From the NCBI GenBank assembly GCA_965247115.1, contig CBDFGR010000002.1:1344001-1408000 (forward strand): 64,000 nt of DNA, read 5' to 3'. Below the pieces are notes generated by a model, which saw only the letters and a program-made list of their open reading frames with translations, was not told the origin of the DNA and ran no database searches. This stretch comes from Myxococcota bacterium (GTDB lineage: Bacteria > Myxococcota_A > UBA9160 > SZUA-336). Positions 18,935 through 28,678 of the stretch are shown here, in pieces. The stretch's first letter is position 1; the number at the start of each line of letters is the position of its first letter. A program made the position numbers and the translations under genes.

Positions 18935-20044
18935 CTAGCCAGTCACGTAGATGTAGCCGTCTTTCTCATCGCGGCGCTCGGCATCGCCCAGCACGCGCAG
19001 GTGCTCCAGGTGAGCGTAGGTCTCGCTCTCTGCCATCGGCCCCCAGCTGCGTTGCTTGAAAAGCTGCTTCGAGAAGTCCTCGACCGTTGCGGGACCGAGC
19101 TCGCGCGAGATCTCCTTGATCTTCTCCAGGCGCTCGAAGTGGTGGCGCTTGATGGCCCGCGCCCGTCCCGGAAGGTCCGTGAACGGGTGGCCGTGCGCCG
19201 GGAGCACCTGCTTGACGCCGCTGAGCTCGGCGACGCGATCGAGCGAGTAGAGGAACGAGCTCAGCGGATCATCGGAGGAGCTCATGCCTCCAATGTGCGG
19301 CGTGATCGTCGGCAGCACGTGATCGCCAGCCAGGAAGGTCCCGTTGTCGGGATCGTGCAAGCAGAAGTGATCGACGGTGTGCCCAGGGGTGTGCAGCACG
19401 AACCACTCCCGGCCCGCGAGCATCAGCACGTCGCCCTGCTCGACGGGGTGGGTGATGGTGGGGACGAAGGAGCGGCGTCCGAACCCGTGGAGCCATCGCC
19501 AGCGCATACGCTCGAGAAAGCTGTCGCGGAAGCCCTTCCCTCCCCAGGGCGTGGGACCCTCCCAGTGCTGCATGGCCCGGGGGCTCTCGGCCGTCTCGTC
19601 GTCCGGCTCGTCGACATCGCTGGACTGTGGGTCGCGCTGCACGGTGAGGTCGTCCACCGAGACCTCCTGCTCGTCGTCCGGAGACAGCACGGGTCCGAAG
19701 CCAAAGCTGCGATGGGCGACGACCTGAGCGCCGGACTCCTTCGCGAAGCGCGAAGCGCCCCCGAAGTGGTCCGGGTGGGAGTGCGTGACGATGACGGTAT
19801 GAACGTCCTTGACCTTGAGCCCGGCTTGCTTCAGCCGGTCGCCGATCGCGCGCCAGTTCCCTGGCCCCGGCAGCCCGGGATCCACCACTGCGGCGCCCTT
19901 CGCGTCGATGATGGCGTACATGTTCACGTGACCGAGACCTGGCATCGAGATCGGCAGCTGCATCCGGAGCACGTCCGGGGCGACCTCTGTGACCTGCGTG
20001 GCTGCGTTCTCCTGCTCCTGCCTGTGCGCTTTCCGCCGTACCAT
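18935..20044 (-). CDS. MBL-fold metallo-hydrolase
   Basis: THSHPDHFG, HTPGHT, GDHVLP, PAHG. Confidence 0.88.
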   Translation of the reverse strand: MVRRKAHRQEQENAATQVTEVAPDVLRMQLPISMPGLGHVNMYAIIDAKGAAVVDPGLPGPGNWRAIGDRLKQAGLKVKDVHTVIVTHSHPDHFGGASRFAKESGAQVVAHRSFGFGPVLSPDDEQEVSVDDLTVQRDPQSSDVDEPDDETAESPRAMQHWEGPTPWGGKGFRDSFLERMRWRWLHGFGRRSFVPTITHPVEQGDVLMLAGREWFVLHTPGHTVDHFCLHDPDNGTFLAGDHVLPTITPHIGGMSSSDDPLSSFLYSLDRVAELSGVKQVLPAHGHPFTDLPGRARAIKRHHFERLEKIKEISRELGPATVEDFSKQLFKQRSWGPMAESETYAHLEHLRVLGDAERRDEKDGYIYVTG

Positions 20045-20118
20045 GCGGCGATCCTACCGCAGCGGGCGTCGCGCTCGCCAGCGAGCTAGTCTCTACGCTC
20101 GAGTCAGGAGGATGCGCG

Positions 20119-20697
20119 ATGGATCATGACGGCGGAAGCGAGGTACAGCTCCCGTTTCCGGTGGTACTTGAGAACACTCTCTTCGAGTCGCGCCAGATCT
20201 TCATCTACGGTGAGATCAACCAGAAGGTCGCACGGGACGTGTCGCAGAAGCTGATCGCCATGGCGGAGAGATCGGACGATCCGATCGTGGTCTTCATCAA
20301 CTCGCAGGGCGGACACGTCGAGGCTGGGGACACCATCCACGACATGATCCGTTTCGTGAAGCCCGTGGTAAACGTCGTCGGTACCGGCTGGGTGGCGAGC
20401 GCCGGAGCCCACATCTTCATCGCTGCGGAACGGGAGAACCGCTACTCCCTCCCGAACACTCGCTACATGCTCCACCAGCCCGTGGGCGGGATCCGCGGCC
20501 ACGCCGTGGACATCGGGATCGAGGCGCGCGAGATCCTCAAGATGCGCGCGCGCCTGAACCGCGTCCTCGCCGAGCGCACCGGCCAGACGCTCGAGAAGAT
20601 CGAAGAAGACACAGACCGCAACTTCTGGATGAGCGCTGAGGAGGCCCTGGAGTACGGGATCGTCGGCAAGGTGATCGAGTCCTCCGACGCGCTCTAA
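20119..20697 (+). CDS. clpP: ATP-dependent Clp protease proteolytic subunit
   Basis: INSQGG, GWVASAG (Ser), MLHQP (His), DRNFWMSAEEALEYG; AGGAGG SD. Confidence 0.92.
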   Translation: MDHDGGSEVQLPFPVVLENTLFESRQIFIYGEINQKVARDVSQKLIAMAERSDDPIVVFINSQGGHVEAGDTIHDMIRFVKPVVNVVGTGWVASAGAHIFIAAERENRYSLPNTRYMLHQPVGGIRGHAVDIGIEAREILKMRARLNRVLAERTGQTLEKIEEDTDRNFWMSAEEALEYGIVGKVIESSDAL

Positions 20698-21602
20698 GCG
20701 TACGGATCTTCCTCCAGGTCCGGGCTGTGCCGGAAGCGGCGGTGGGCCCACATCCATTGCTCCGGGTGGCGACGGATGATCTCTTCGAGCGCAAGGTTGA
20801 ATTGCGCGGTCGCGGTCTCGATGTCGCGTTCCCGGTCTCCGCTGACCACAAGCTCGAGAGGGGGTAGGAAGCTGGCAATGTGGTGATCCGCCGCGTCGCG
20901 CACGACGTAGCACGGTACGACAGGCGCGCCGGTTCGGAGCGCAAGCGTCGCGACTCCAACCGACGAGGAGCAGCGGACGCCGAAGAGAGGCACGAACACG
21001 CCGCGCGCACGGCTCGAGTACTGATCGTTCAGCACGAGCACCGGGCGCCCTCCCCGGAGGGCCCTCAGCATCCCACGAGCGGCGACCCGCTTGTGAGGGA
21101 TGAGCTCTGCGCCGCGCCCTGAGCGCAGCCTGATCATGCGCCGAGCGAGCAGCGGGTTGCGCAGAGGACGGCTTACCGCAGCGAACCCCCGCTCTGGCAT
21201 TTCCATGGAGACCAGACGCAAGCCGAGGTCGAAGCTGCCCACGTGCAGGGTGAGCAGCAGCGCCCCCTTGCCCCGGTCCAGGAGCTTGCCCAGCCGCTCG
21301 AGACCGACGCACGACATGTGTGCGCGCAGATCGTCGTCGGTCCACTTCTCGGCACGGGCCACGTCGACGAGATTCCACGCGAAGTGGATGTAGCTCTGGC
21401 GTCCGAGCTCGGCGATCTCCTCGTCGCTGGCCTCGGGGTAGGCAAAGCGCAGGTTCGTCAGCATCCAGCGCACGCGCTTGCCCCTGAGGCCGAAGTACGC
21501 GCTCGCAGCGGCAGCGGCCAGGCGCTGCGACGTCGTCAGCGGAAGCGCACGCAGGATCGCGCTGCCGAGCAAGTAGGCCCACAGCTCGAGTCGATGCCTC
21601 AT
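20694..21602 (-). CDS. Lipid A biosynthesis acyltransferase (LpxL/HtrB family)
   Basis: LHVGSFD, LNDQ, VPLFG, PEQWMWAHRRF. Confidence 0.85.
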   Translation of the reverse strand: MRHRLELWAYLLGSAILRALPLTTSQRLAAAAASAYFGLRGKRVRWMLTNLRFAYPEASDEEIAELGRQSYIHFAWNLVDVARAEKWTDDDLRAHMSCVGLERLGKLLDRGKGALLLTLHVGSFDLGLRLVSMEMPERGFAAVSRPLRNPLLARRMIRLRSGRGAELIPHKRVAARGMLRALRGGRPVLVLNDQYSSRARGVFVPLFGVRCSSSVGVATLALRTGAPVVPCYVVRDAADHHIASFLPPLELVVSGDRERDIETATAQFNLALEEIIRRHPEQWMWAHRRFRHSPDLEEDPYA

Positions 21603-21681
21603 AGGGGTCGCCACAGGGTAGCGAAAGGCGCCCTCGGGATTGGGACGGACGAGCGGACGCGGTATGGTGTGCGGTCGACGC

Positions 21682-23511
21682 ATGCAGCCAAGGACCGTTC
21701 TCCAGAAACCTGCCGGGGCAGCCTGGCCCATCTTCTTGCGCACCCTGGGACTCTTTCAGCCCTTCCGGAGCCACCTGGTCGCCGTTGTCCTGCTGATCGG
21801 AACGACATCGACGCTCGATCTCCTGCCCTGGCTCGTGATCCAGAGAATCGTGGACGAGGCCGTGCTGGGGAGCGAGGGGGACCTCGGACGCATCAACCTG
21901 CTGTTCGTGACGATCCTCGCGATCTACCTGACCTCCGCGCTGTTGGGCGTGGTGCGAGGCTATCTGAACCAACTGGTGGGCCAGGGCGTGATGCTGAACC
22001 TGAGGCAGGTTCTGCACGAGCACATCCAGAAGCTCTCGCTGCGCTTCTTCACCCAGACCCGCTCGGGCGAGATCCTCTCCCGCATCACCGCCGACGTGAA
22101 CACGATCCAGGACGCCGTGACCGGTACCTTTACCATGTTCTTGATCCACGTGATCACGCTCGTGGTTGCGGTGGGATTCATGTTCTCGCTGGACTGGCGA
22201 TTGACCGCGCTGATCCTGCTGGTGCTGCCGCTCTGGGTCTACCCGACGCTGCGCATCGGCAACCGGATGCGGCGCCTCCAGCTCGAGTGGCGGGACGAGG
22301 CGGCGGGCATGACCTCACACCTGGCGGAGACGCTGTCCGTCTCGGGCTCGATCCTGGTGAAAGCCTTCGGCCGCCAGGAGCTGGAGTCCGCGCGCTTCGA
22401 CCGCGCCAACCGGGAGCTCCGCGCGCTGTCGATTCGACGCTTCGTGGCCGGGCGCTGGTTCAACACTGCGACGCAGCTCTTCGGAGCCTTCGCGGTCGGG
22501 TTCGTCTACTGGTATGGAGCGCGCGCCGTCCTCACCGGCGAGCTTCCGAGCGTGGGCGTAGTGGTCGCCTTCGCCGGCCTCGCGCAGCGGGTCTTCACGC
22601 CGTTCCGGCAGATCGCGCGCATCGCCACGACCGCGCTGAGCTCGCTGGCACTCTTCGAGCGTATCTTCGAATACCTCGATCTGCCCGTGGAGGTGGCCGA
22701 CCGACCGGGAGCCAGGTCCCTCGGGAGAGCCAGGGGCGGGCTCGGCTTCAGAGACGTCACCTTCCGATACGCCGACCCGGGGCCTGCTGCCCTGAACGGG
22801 ATGAGCTTCGAGGTCGAGCCGGGACAGATGGTGGCTCTGGTCGGGCCTTCTGGGGCGGGCAAAACGACGGTCACGTATCTGCTGCAGCGCCTGTACGAGC
22901 CGCAACAAGGGCGCGTGTTGCTTGACGGAAACGATCTCCACGATCTGCCACTTGAAAGTGTTGCAGAGGCGATCGGTGCCGTCATGCAGGACACCTACCT
23001 CTTTCACGCCTCGCTCGAGGAGAATATCCGCTACGGGCGTCTCGATGCGACCGACGAGCAGATGTGGGCGGCGATCGAGGCCGCAGGCATGGCTGAGATG
23101 ATCGAGGAGCTGCCCGCCGGGTTCGAGACGGTCGTTGGAGAACGAGGGTACCGACTATCCGGTGGCCAGAAACAGCGCGTCGCGATTGCGCGAGCGGTAC
23201 TGAAGGATCCCCCGATCCTGATTCTCGACGAGGCTACGGCCTCGCTCGACACACGTCTGGAACGCGAGATACACGAGGCGACCCTTCGCCTGGCGCGCGG
23301 ACGGACGACCATCATCATTGCGCATCGCCTCTCCACGGTCCTGGCAGCGGACGTGATCTTCGTACTCGACCGGGGTCGAATCGTCGAGTCGGGGCCACAC
23401 GACGAGCTCCTGCGCCGCGGCGGCCTCTACGCTGAGCTGCACCGGGACCAGTTCGCAGTCGAGCTTCTGCCGCTTTCGAAGGGGACAGCGCTGACCGTCG
23501 CAGAGCGCTGA
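21682..23511 (+). CDS. ABC exporter, fused permease/ATPase (MsbA-like)
   Basis: 6 TM N-domain; GPSGAGKT, LSGGQKQR, LILDEAT, IAHRLST. Confidence 0.92.
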   Translation: MQPRTVLQKPAGAAWPIFLRTLGLFQPFRSHLVAVVLLIGTTSTLDLLPWLVIQRIVDEAVLGSEGDLGRINLLFVTILAIYLTSALLGVVRGYLNQLVGQGVMLNLRQVLHEHIQKLSLRFFTQTRSGEILSRITADVNTIQDAVTGTFTMFLIHVITLVVAVGFMFSLDWRLTALILLVLPLWVYPTLRIGNRMRRLQLEWRDEAAGMTSHLAETLSVSGSILVKAFGRQELESARFDRANRELRALSIRRFVAGRWFNTATQLFGAFAVGFVYWYGARAVLTGELPSVGVVVAFAGLAQRVFTPFRQIARIATTALSSLALFERIFEYLDLPVEVADRPGARSLGRARGGLGFRDVTFRYADPGPAALNGMSFEVEPGQMVALVGPSGAGKTTVTYLLQRLYEPQQGRVLLDGNDLHDLPLESVAEAIGAVMQDTYLFHASLEENIRYGRLDATDEQMWAAIEAAGMAEMIEELPAGFETVVGERGYRLSGGQKQRVAIARAVLKDPPILILDEATASLDTRLEREIHEATLRLARGRTTIIIAHRLSTVLAADVIFVLDRGRIVESGPHDELLRRGGLYAELHRDQFAVELLPLSKGTALTVAER

Positions 23512-23513
23512 GC

Positions 23514-24755
23514 ATGGAGCTCTTCTCCCTCGCAGCGCTCCTGGTCACGCTGTCCGCCCTGTTCAGCTACCTGAACCACCGGGTGATCGGCTTGCCCTCC
23601 ACGATCGGGGTGCTCGTCATCGCCCTCGCCTTCTCGCTCGTCATGATCGCTCTCGGCGCGCTCGGACTGATCGGCCTCGAGTGGACGAGCTGGTACGCGG
23701 AAATCGAGTTCGGACCCGCGCTGCTCGAAGGAATGCTCGCCTTTTTGCTCTTCGCGGGCGCGCTGCACGTAAACCTCGACGATCTGCTGGAGCAGAAGTG
23801 GGTCGTCACACTCCTGGCCACCTTCGGCGTCGCACTCTCCACGTTCCTCATCGGCGCGAGCGCCTGGCTCGCGTTCGATGCCCTCGGGATCGGCTTGCCC
23901 TTCCTCACGTGCCTGCTGTTCGGGGCGCTGATCTCGCCGACCGACCCGATCGCGGTGCTCGCCGTCTTGAAGCAAGCAGCGGTTCCCCGCAGCCTCGAAA
24001 TGAAGATCGCGGGCGAGTCGCTCTTCAACGACGGCGTCGGCGTGGTGATCTTTCTGGTCCTGCTGGGCATGGCTACCGGAGCTCACGACGAGACCGCCGG
24101 CTCTATCGCATTGCTCTTGGTGCAGGAGACGGGTGGTGGGATCCTGCTCGGGCTGGGCATCGGCTACCTCGCCTTCCGGATGCTCCAGAGCGTCGACGAC
24201 TACGAGGTCGAGCTCCTGTTGACCCTGGCGGTGGTGACCGGAGGCTACTCTCTCGCCAGCGCGCTCCACCTCTCGGGTCCACTGGCCATGGTCGCAGCGG
24301 GCCTGCTAATCGGGAATCACGGTCGGACCTTCGGCATGTCGGAGCGGACCCGCGAGCACCTCGACACCTTTTGGGAGCTCGTCGACGGTGTGCTGAATGC
24401 GGTGCTCTTCCTGATGATCGGCCTCGAGGTGCTGGTGATCCGCTTCAGCGCCAGCACCCTTGTCGCGGGACTGGTAGCGATTCCGCTGGTCCTCGTGGTT
24501 CGCCTGGTCTCGGTCGCGCTGCCCGTCACCGTGCTCCGCCTGCGCCGCAGCTTCAGCCGGCACGTAGTCACGATCCTCACCTGGGGCGGGATCCGCGGCG
24601 GCATCTCGGTAGCCCTCGCGCTCTCCCTCCCGTCTGGAGCCGAGCGCGAGCTGATCCTGGCAGTCACCTACTGCGTGGTGGCCTTCTCCATCATCGGACA
24701 GGGCCTGTCGATCGGGCCGCTCGTGCGCCGCCTCTTCTCTAGCGAGACAGGCTGA
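23514..24755 (+). CDS. Na+/H+ antiporter, CPA1 (NhaP family)
   Basis: ISPTDPIAV, GESLFNDG, WGGIRG. Confidence 0.92.
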   Translation: MELFSLAALLVTLSALFSYLNHRVIGLPSTIGVLVIALAFSLVMIALGALGLIGLEWTSWYAEIEFGPALLEGMLAFLLFAGALHVNLDDLLEQKWVVTLLATFGVALSTFLIGASAWLAFDALGIGLPFLTCLLFGALISPTDPIAVLAVLKQAAVPRSLEMKIAGESLFNDGVGVVIFLVLLGMATGAHDETAGSIALLLVQETGGGILLGLGIGYLAFRMLQSVDDYEVELLLTLAVVTGGYSLASALHLSGPLAMVAAGLLIGNHGRTFGMSERTREHLDTFWELVDGVLNAVLFLMIGLEVLVIRFSASTLVAGLVAIPLVLVVRLVSVALPVTVLRLRRSFSRHVVTILTWGGIRGGISVALALSLPSGAERELILAVTYCVVAFSIIGQGLSIGPLVRRLFSSETG

Positions 24756-24833
24756 GCCGCTGCATGCGCCCGCCTTGCAGAAGTGTCGCAGGTCGGAACA
24801 CAATCGACCCGCCATCCGCCGGAGGACGAGCTC

Positions 24834-25949
24834 ATGCTCAATGGCTTCAAGATTGTTGATACCGACTGCCACCAGATCGAGCCGACCAGGATGTGGGAGG
24901 AGTACATCGATCCGGCGTTTCGAGCTCGCGCACCCAGACCCGAAAACGTCAACGGCCGCCAGGCCCTCGTCGTGGAGGGCAAGTCGCTCACGAACGAGGA
25001 AGGCAAGTACCCCATGGCGCCGCCCGAGTTCCTCGCGGCGGTTGCAAAGGGCATGGAGCGCTTCGGGCGGGCGCGCAGCGCCGGCTTCGACGCCAGGAGC
25101 CGGCTGCAGGACATGGACGAGCAAGGCGTCGACGCGCAGGTGATTTACCCGACCTCCGGCGGTCAGCTGCTGGGCAAGCCCTTTCGCGACCCCGAGCTCC
25201 TGCTCGCCTGCTGCCGCGCCTACAACGACTGGACGGCGGAGTACTGCTCGGCCGCCCCCGAACGGCTTCGCTGGGCAGCGATGATCCCGCTCCAGCAGGT
25301 CGACCTGGCGCTGGAGGAGCTCGCGCGGGTCACCGAGCGCGGGGCCGTCAGCTTCTACATCCGCCCGAATCCGGTGGCCGGTCGGAACCTCTACCACGAG
25401 GACTACGAGCCCCTCTGGGCTCAGATCGAGCTGATCGGAAAGCCGGTCTGCTTCCACGACTCCGGCTCGCCTTACCTGCCGTCTTACGGCGACAGGATGG
25501 ACACACACACCTCAGGCCACATCATCGCCCACCCGGTCGAGGCGATGGTCGCGATGATGAGCTTGATCTGGTTCGGAGTGGTGGAGCGCTACCCCTCGCT
25601 ACGGATCGTCCACGTGGAGGCGGATGCGGGCTGGCTTCCCTACTGGCTGCAGCGCATGGAGCAGCACTGGGACTTCTCAGGGAACGCCGAGCACCCCGAC
25701 CTGAAGATGCGCCCCACGAGCTACTTCAAGCGCAACTTCTGGGTGGCCTGCCGTGGCGACGAGATGACGATCCCAAGCGTCGTCGAGCTCGTCGGGGACG
25801 ACAACCTGCTCTTCAACACCGACTATCCGCATCCCGACGGCACCTGGCCCTGGGGCATGCAGAGCCTTCGCGACCAGAAGATCTCGGACGAGAGTAAGCG
25901 CAAGATCCTCTGGGACAACCCAGCCCGCGCCTTCTCCCTCGACTCCTGA
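24834..25949 (+). CDS. Amidohydrolase_2 family protein
   Basis: VDTDCH, DMDEQGVD, EADAGWLP, TDYPHPDG; GGAGG SD before ATG 24834. Confidence 0.85.
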   Translation: MLNGFKIVDTDCHQIEPTRMWEEYIDPAFRARAPRPENVNGRQALVVEGKSLTNEEGKYPMAPPEFLAAVAKGMERFGRARSAGFDARSRLQDMDEQGVDAQVIYPTSGGQLLGKPFRDPELLLACCRAYNDWTAEYCSAAPERLRWAAMIPLQQVDLALEELARVTERGAVSFYIRPNPVAGRNLYHEDYEPLWAQIELIGKPVCFHDSGSPYLPSYGDRMDTHTSGHIIAHPVEAMVAMMSLIWFGVVERYPSLRIVHVEADAGWLPYWLQRMEQHWDFSGNAEHPDLKMRPTSYFKRNFWVACRGDEMTIPSVVELVGDDNLLFNTDYPHPDGTWPWGMQSLRDQKISDESKRKILWDNPARAFSLDS

Positions 25950-25960
25950 CTCGGCACACC

Positions 25961-26518
25961 CTACCTGCTCCGCACGTGGGAGAGCACGAACTCCGCCACC
26001 TCCGCGAGCTCTCCGGCGACCGGGATCTCCGCAGGTAGGCCAGGGATCTCATCGCTTGCTCCCAGCCAGGCAATCAGGGGACGAGCGTAGGTCAGGGCCA
26101 GCTCGATCTCGGAGCGGGTGCCGGGCCCTCCGGGAAGGGCTACCACGACATCTGAGCTGAGGATGTTGATGTGGTTCCTGGACTGGGGATCGGTCCCGCG
26201 CGGCCCGCTCAGGGGCAGGTGTGTGAGGATCGGGACGTCGACCCAAGGATTTGGATAGCCCGGCAGCGGCTGACTCGGGTCTCCGTCAACACAGGGGATG
26301 ATCCCGATGACGAGCCCGAGCCGGCCGGGAACGCTCCGAAAGGCCCGGCTCACGCTGCTCATCACTCCGGGGCCGCCGCCGGTCAGCAGGTGGAAGCCCT
26401 GGGCCGCGAGCCAGGAACCGAGCTGCTCGGCGCGCGGGCTGTCAGGGCTCGAGCCGGAGCCCATTACTCCTACAACCGGAAGGCGCTGCCCCGCCCCGCT
26501 CGGCTGTGTCGGAGTCAG
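25961..26518 (-). CDS. LOG/SLOG family protein (molybdenum-cofactor-carrier/TIGR00725-like); start uncertain
   Basis: VVGVMGSG, LLTGGGPGVM, SRNHINILSSD, LPGGPGTRSE; first ATG is 26464 but the conserved first strand lies upstream, so the CTG at 26518 is proposed. Confidence 0.75.
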   Translation of the reverse strand: MTPTQPSGAGQRLPVVGVMGSGSSPDSPRAEQLGSWLAAQGFHLLTGGGPGVMSSVSRAFRSVPGRLGLVIGIIPCVDGDPSQPLPGYPNPWVDVPILTHLPLSGPRGTDPQSRNHINILSSDVVVALPGGPGTRSEIELALTYARPLIAWLGASDEIPGLPAEIPVAGELAEVAEFVLSHVRSR

Positions 26519-26697
26519 GTCCCCTGCTCGGCAAAGCAGAAGCGTACCCCGATTGCGAGCAGCGCAAGGTTCGTGCAGGCGCGCGAAAAGCCCTCGGGAA
26601 CGACGCCCACGATCGGGATTCCGAGCAGCGCGGTGACAACGGCCAGCAGGAAGGCCAGGGCGGCCAGTGCGATCAGTAGCTTTGCAAGTGCATCCAT
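26515..26697 (-). CDS. Small two-helix membrane protein (60 aa)
   Basis: Two hydrophobic segments flanking PEGFSRAC; purine-rich SD; coupled to downstream gene. Confidence 0.6.
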   Translation of the reverse strand: MDALAKLLIALAALAFLLAVVTALLGIPIVGVVPEGFSRACTNLALLAIGVRFCFAEQGT

Positions 26698-26765
26698 CTC
26701 GGCCCCTTCTCGGTTGAGGTGGCTCGATTATGCCTGAGCAACACGTTTCGGTGGCGGCCGGACCT

Positions 26766-26805
26766 GGAAAGAGAAAGGGCGCGATCCGTTTCCGGATCGC
26801 GCCCT
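26766..26805 (-). terminator. Intrinsic terminator after the AlgE-like gene
   Basis: 13-bp perfect stem AGGGCGCGATCCG-GAAA-CGGATCGCGCCCT followed by TTCTCTTTCC on the minus strand. Confidence 0.8.
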
Positions 26806-26829
26806 CTCGAGGTTGTCTGCTACCGACGT

Positions 26830-28203
26830 CTAGAACTTGATGTCGGCCTGGATGAAGGCGAAGTCGGCGTCGTCGTCCTTGAGACCCGTATCGTCGATGT
26901 AGTCGCCAGCAAAGTAGTGCCCGTAGCCCACAAGCGCGACTACCCGGCCATCCATGAACGGATAGCGGAAGGTGATGTCGAGCTCGTTTCCGGCACCGGA
27001 GTCGGCACCGAGCGGACCCGCGAGGCGGGTGGGCACGAGATTCGAGTTGTACATGAAGTCGTCATCTGGCTCGTCGATCCAGAACGTGTGGAAGGCGACC
27101 TCGAGCATCCCCTTCTCGAGCATCTCCTTCTCGAACGTGAGGGCCAGGCTACGCATGTTCTGCAGCGAGAAGAAGTCCATCTGGCCGTAGTAGCGGTGGT
27201 TCGACGCGAACAGGTTGTCGAAGGTCTCGTGGTCGGTATCGAGCAGGTTGTCGTCGCCGGTCGCCCAGTTGTAGGCGAGACCGAGGCGCGAGTCCTCCAT
27301 CCACTCCGGGCGGTAGCCGAAGCCGACATGACTCATCCACGCGCTGTGGTCGACATTGGCGAAGTCGCCCCACTGGTACGCGATCTCCAGGTCGGCATCC
27401 CACAGGCCCTTTGCCCATTCGCCGCGCGAGCCGAGCGTCCACACCTTGTCGTTCACGTCGTTGTTGTGACGCAGCAGCACGTAACCTTCCCACTTGGTGT
27501 CGGCCATGAGCTTCCAGTTGGTGTAGTAGGCACCGTGGAAGTTGCTGTCCACGTAGCGGCTGCCGGCGTACTCCCAGTCATTGAAGTTTCCGGGCCGCAC
27601 CGGAACGACACGACTCGCGAACAGATCGAGGGTCCAGTCGTCCTCCATGCCGAGGCTCAGGCGGACGCCGTCGAAGACCCGCGACGTGTTCTCCCAGTTC
27701 ATGGACGAGGCCAACCGGTCCGAACCGAGGTTCAGCTGCTGGCGGCCAGCACGCACTCTGTAGGGAGTGCCCATCATCGAAGACCTGTACTCCACGTACC
27801 CCTGGTACAGATCGAAGTGATCCGCGTAGAGGTTCGGAATAGTCTTGTCGCTGATGTCGTTCTCGGCGTGGATTTGGGCGTCCTGGCCTTCAATGAAGAA
27901 GGTGAGCGACTCGGTCGGCGTCCACGCCATGTTCACCCGGAGGCGGTGAAGCGTGAAGCTTTCGTCGTCACTCGGCGCACCACTGCCGAAACCGAAGTTG
28001 GCGTGCTCCTCTGCCCGCAGGCGGAGGGTTCCGCCAACGACGAGGTTGGGCATGATTTGGTGCCAATCGTTGGCTGCGACGTCGGGCGTGCTGTCCGCCT
28101 TCTCGGCGGCTCCGGCGGGTGCCCCACCCAGGAGCAGCGCAGTCGCGATCGGGAGCGCCAGAACCAGCGCCCAGTACTTGCGAAGCGTCCGTTGCATAGT
28201 CAT
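26830..28203 (-). CDS. Alginate-export (AlgE-like) family outer-membrane beta-barrel
   Basis: Signal peptide; RLRAE, GRQQL, NWENTSRVFDG, YNWATGD, TFDNLF..H.YYG, ELD motifs; terminal Phe. Confidence 0.8.
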   Translation of the reverse strand: MTMQRTLRKYWALVLALPIATALLLGGAPAGAAEKADSTPDVAANDWHQIMPNLVVGGTLRLRAEEHANFGFGSGAPSDDESFTLHRLRVNMAWTPTESLTFFIEGQDAQIHAENDISDKTIPNLYADHFDLYQGYVEYRSSMMGTPYRVRAGRQQLNLGSDRLASSMNWENTSRVFDGVRLSLGMEDDWTLDLFASRVVPVRPGNFNDWEYAGSRYVDSNFHGAYYTNWKLMADTKWEGYVLLRHNNDVNDKVWTLGSRGEWAKGLWDADLEIAYQWGDFANVDHSAWMSHVGFGYRPEWMEDSRLGLAYNWATGDDNLLDTDHETFDNLFASNHRYYGQMDFFSLQNMRSLALTFEKEMLEKGMLEVAFHTFWIDEPDDDFMYNSNLVPTRLAGPLGADSGAGNELDITFRYPFMDGRVVALVGYGHYFAGDYIDDTGLKDDDADFAFIQADIKF

Positions 28204-28435
28204 CTCAGACCCCAATCTCGAAGAGGTTTCTAGGCGTTATTGGGGAGGGCTTGCGCTCTCATCGGAAGGCCGTTCGCGACCTTTAGCCATTTCCGATCAG
28301 CAGTGAGATCCATCGCAGCGCAGCTCCGGCGGCGCTGGCCGGGAAGTCCGCTGGCTACGCCCCTGACGCCGCGCCGCTGACGCTGCGCCGCGCAGAGGGA
28401 GCCACGTGTGGGGCACCTGGGCGCCGATGCCTACC

Positions 28436-28465
28436 TAGTTAACAGCTGTGTAGTTAACAGCAGTG
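28436..28465. promoter_or_regulatory. 15-bp tandem repeat TAGTTAACAGCWGTG, probable regulator binding site
   Basis: TAGTTAACAGCTGTG-TAGTTAACAGCAGTG in a divergent intergenic region; AT-rich against a GC-rich background. Confidence 0.5.
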
Positions 28466-28678
28466 GTGCGAACTTCGTTCACCGGCGTGATGGGAACGCT
28501 GCGCCGCCTGACCGACCGGCCGGGGAGGTGGTTGAATCCGGCGCGCACCTAGGCAGGGGCCATGACCCAGCCCAAGATTCCGGGCGACGTTGCGAGCCGT
28601 CCACTCAGCATGGTACACACGCAGAGCTTTGGAGCGCTGCTGTACTGAACCTCCTGGTTCTCGTTCCGTCACGTCCTC

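Noticed and set aside
20104..22925. Long alternative-frame ORFs (e.g. 20104-22149, 21243-22925; also 41716-43782 and 57243-59459)
   Set aside because: Arg/Ala/Pro-rich or antisense shadows of well-supported genes, expected in high-GC DNA
28201..28310. Firm call of a Moco or c-di-GMP-I riboswitch
   Set aside because: Only partial motif resemblance; key consensus blocks are missing, so it is kept as an unassigned candidate
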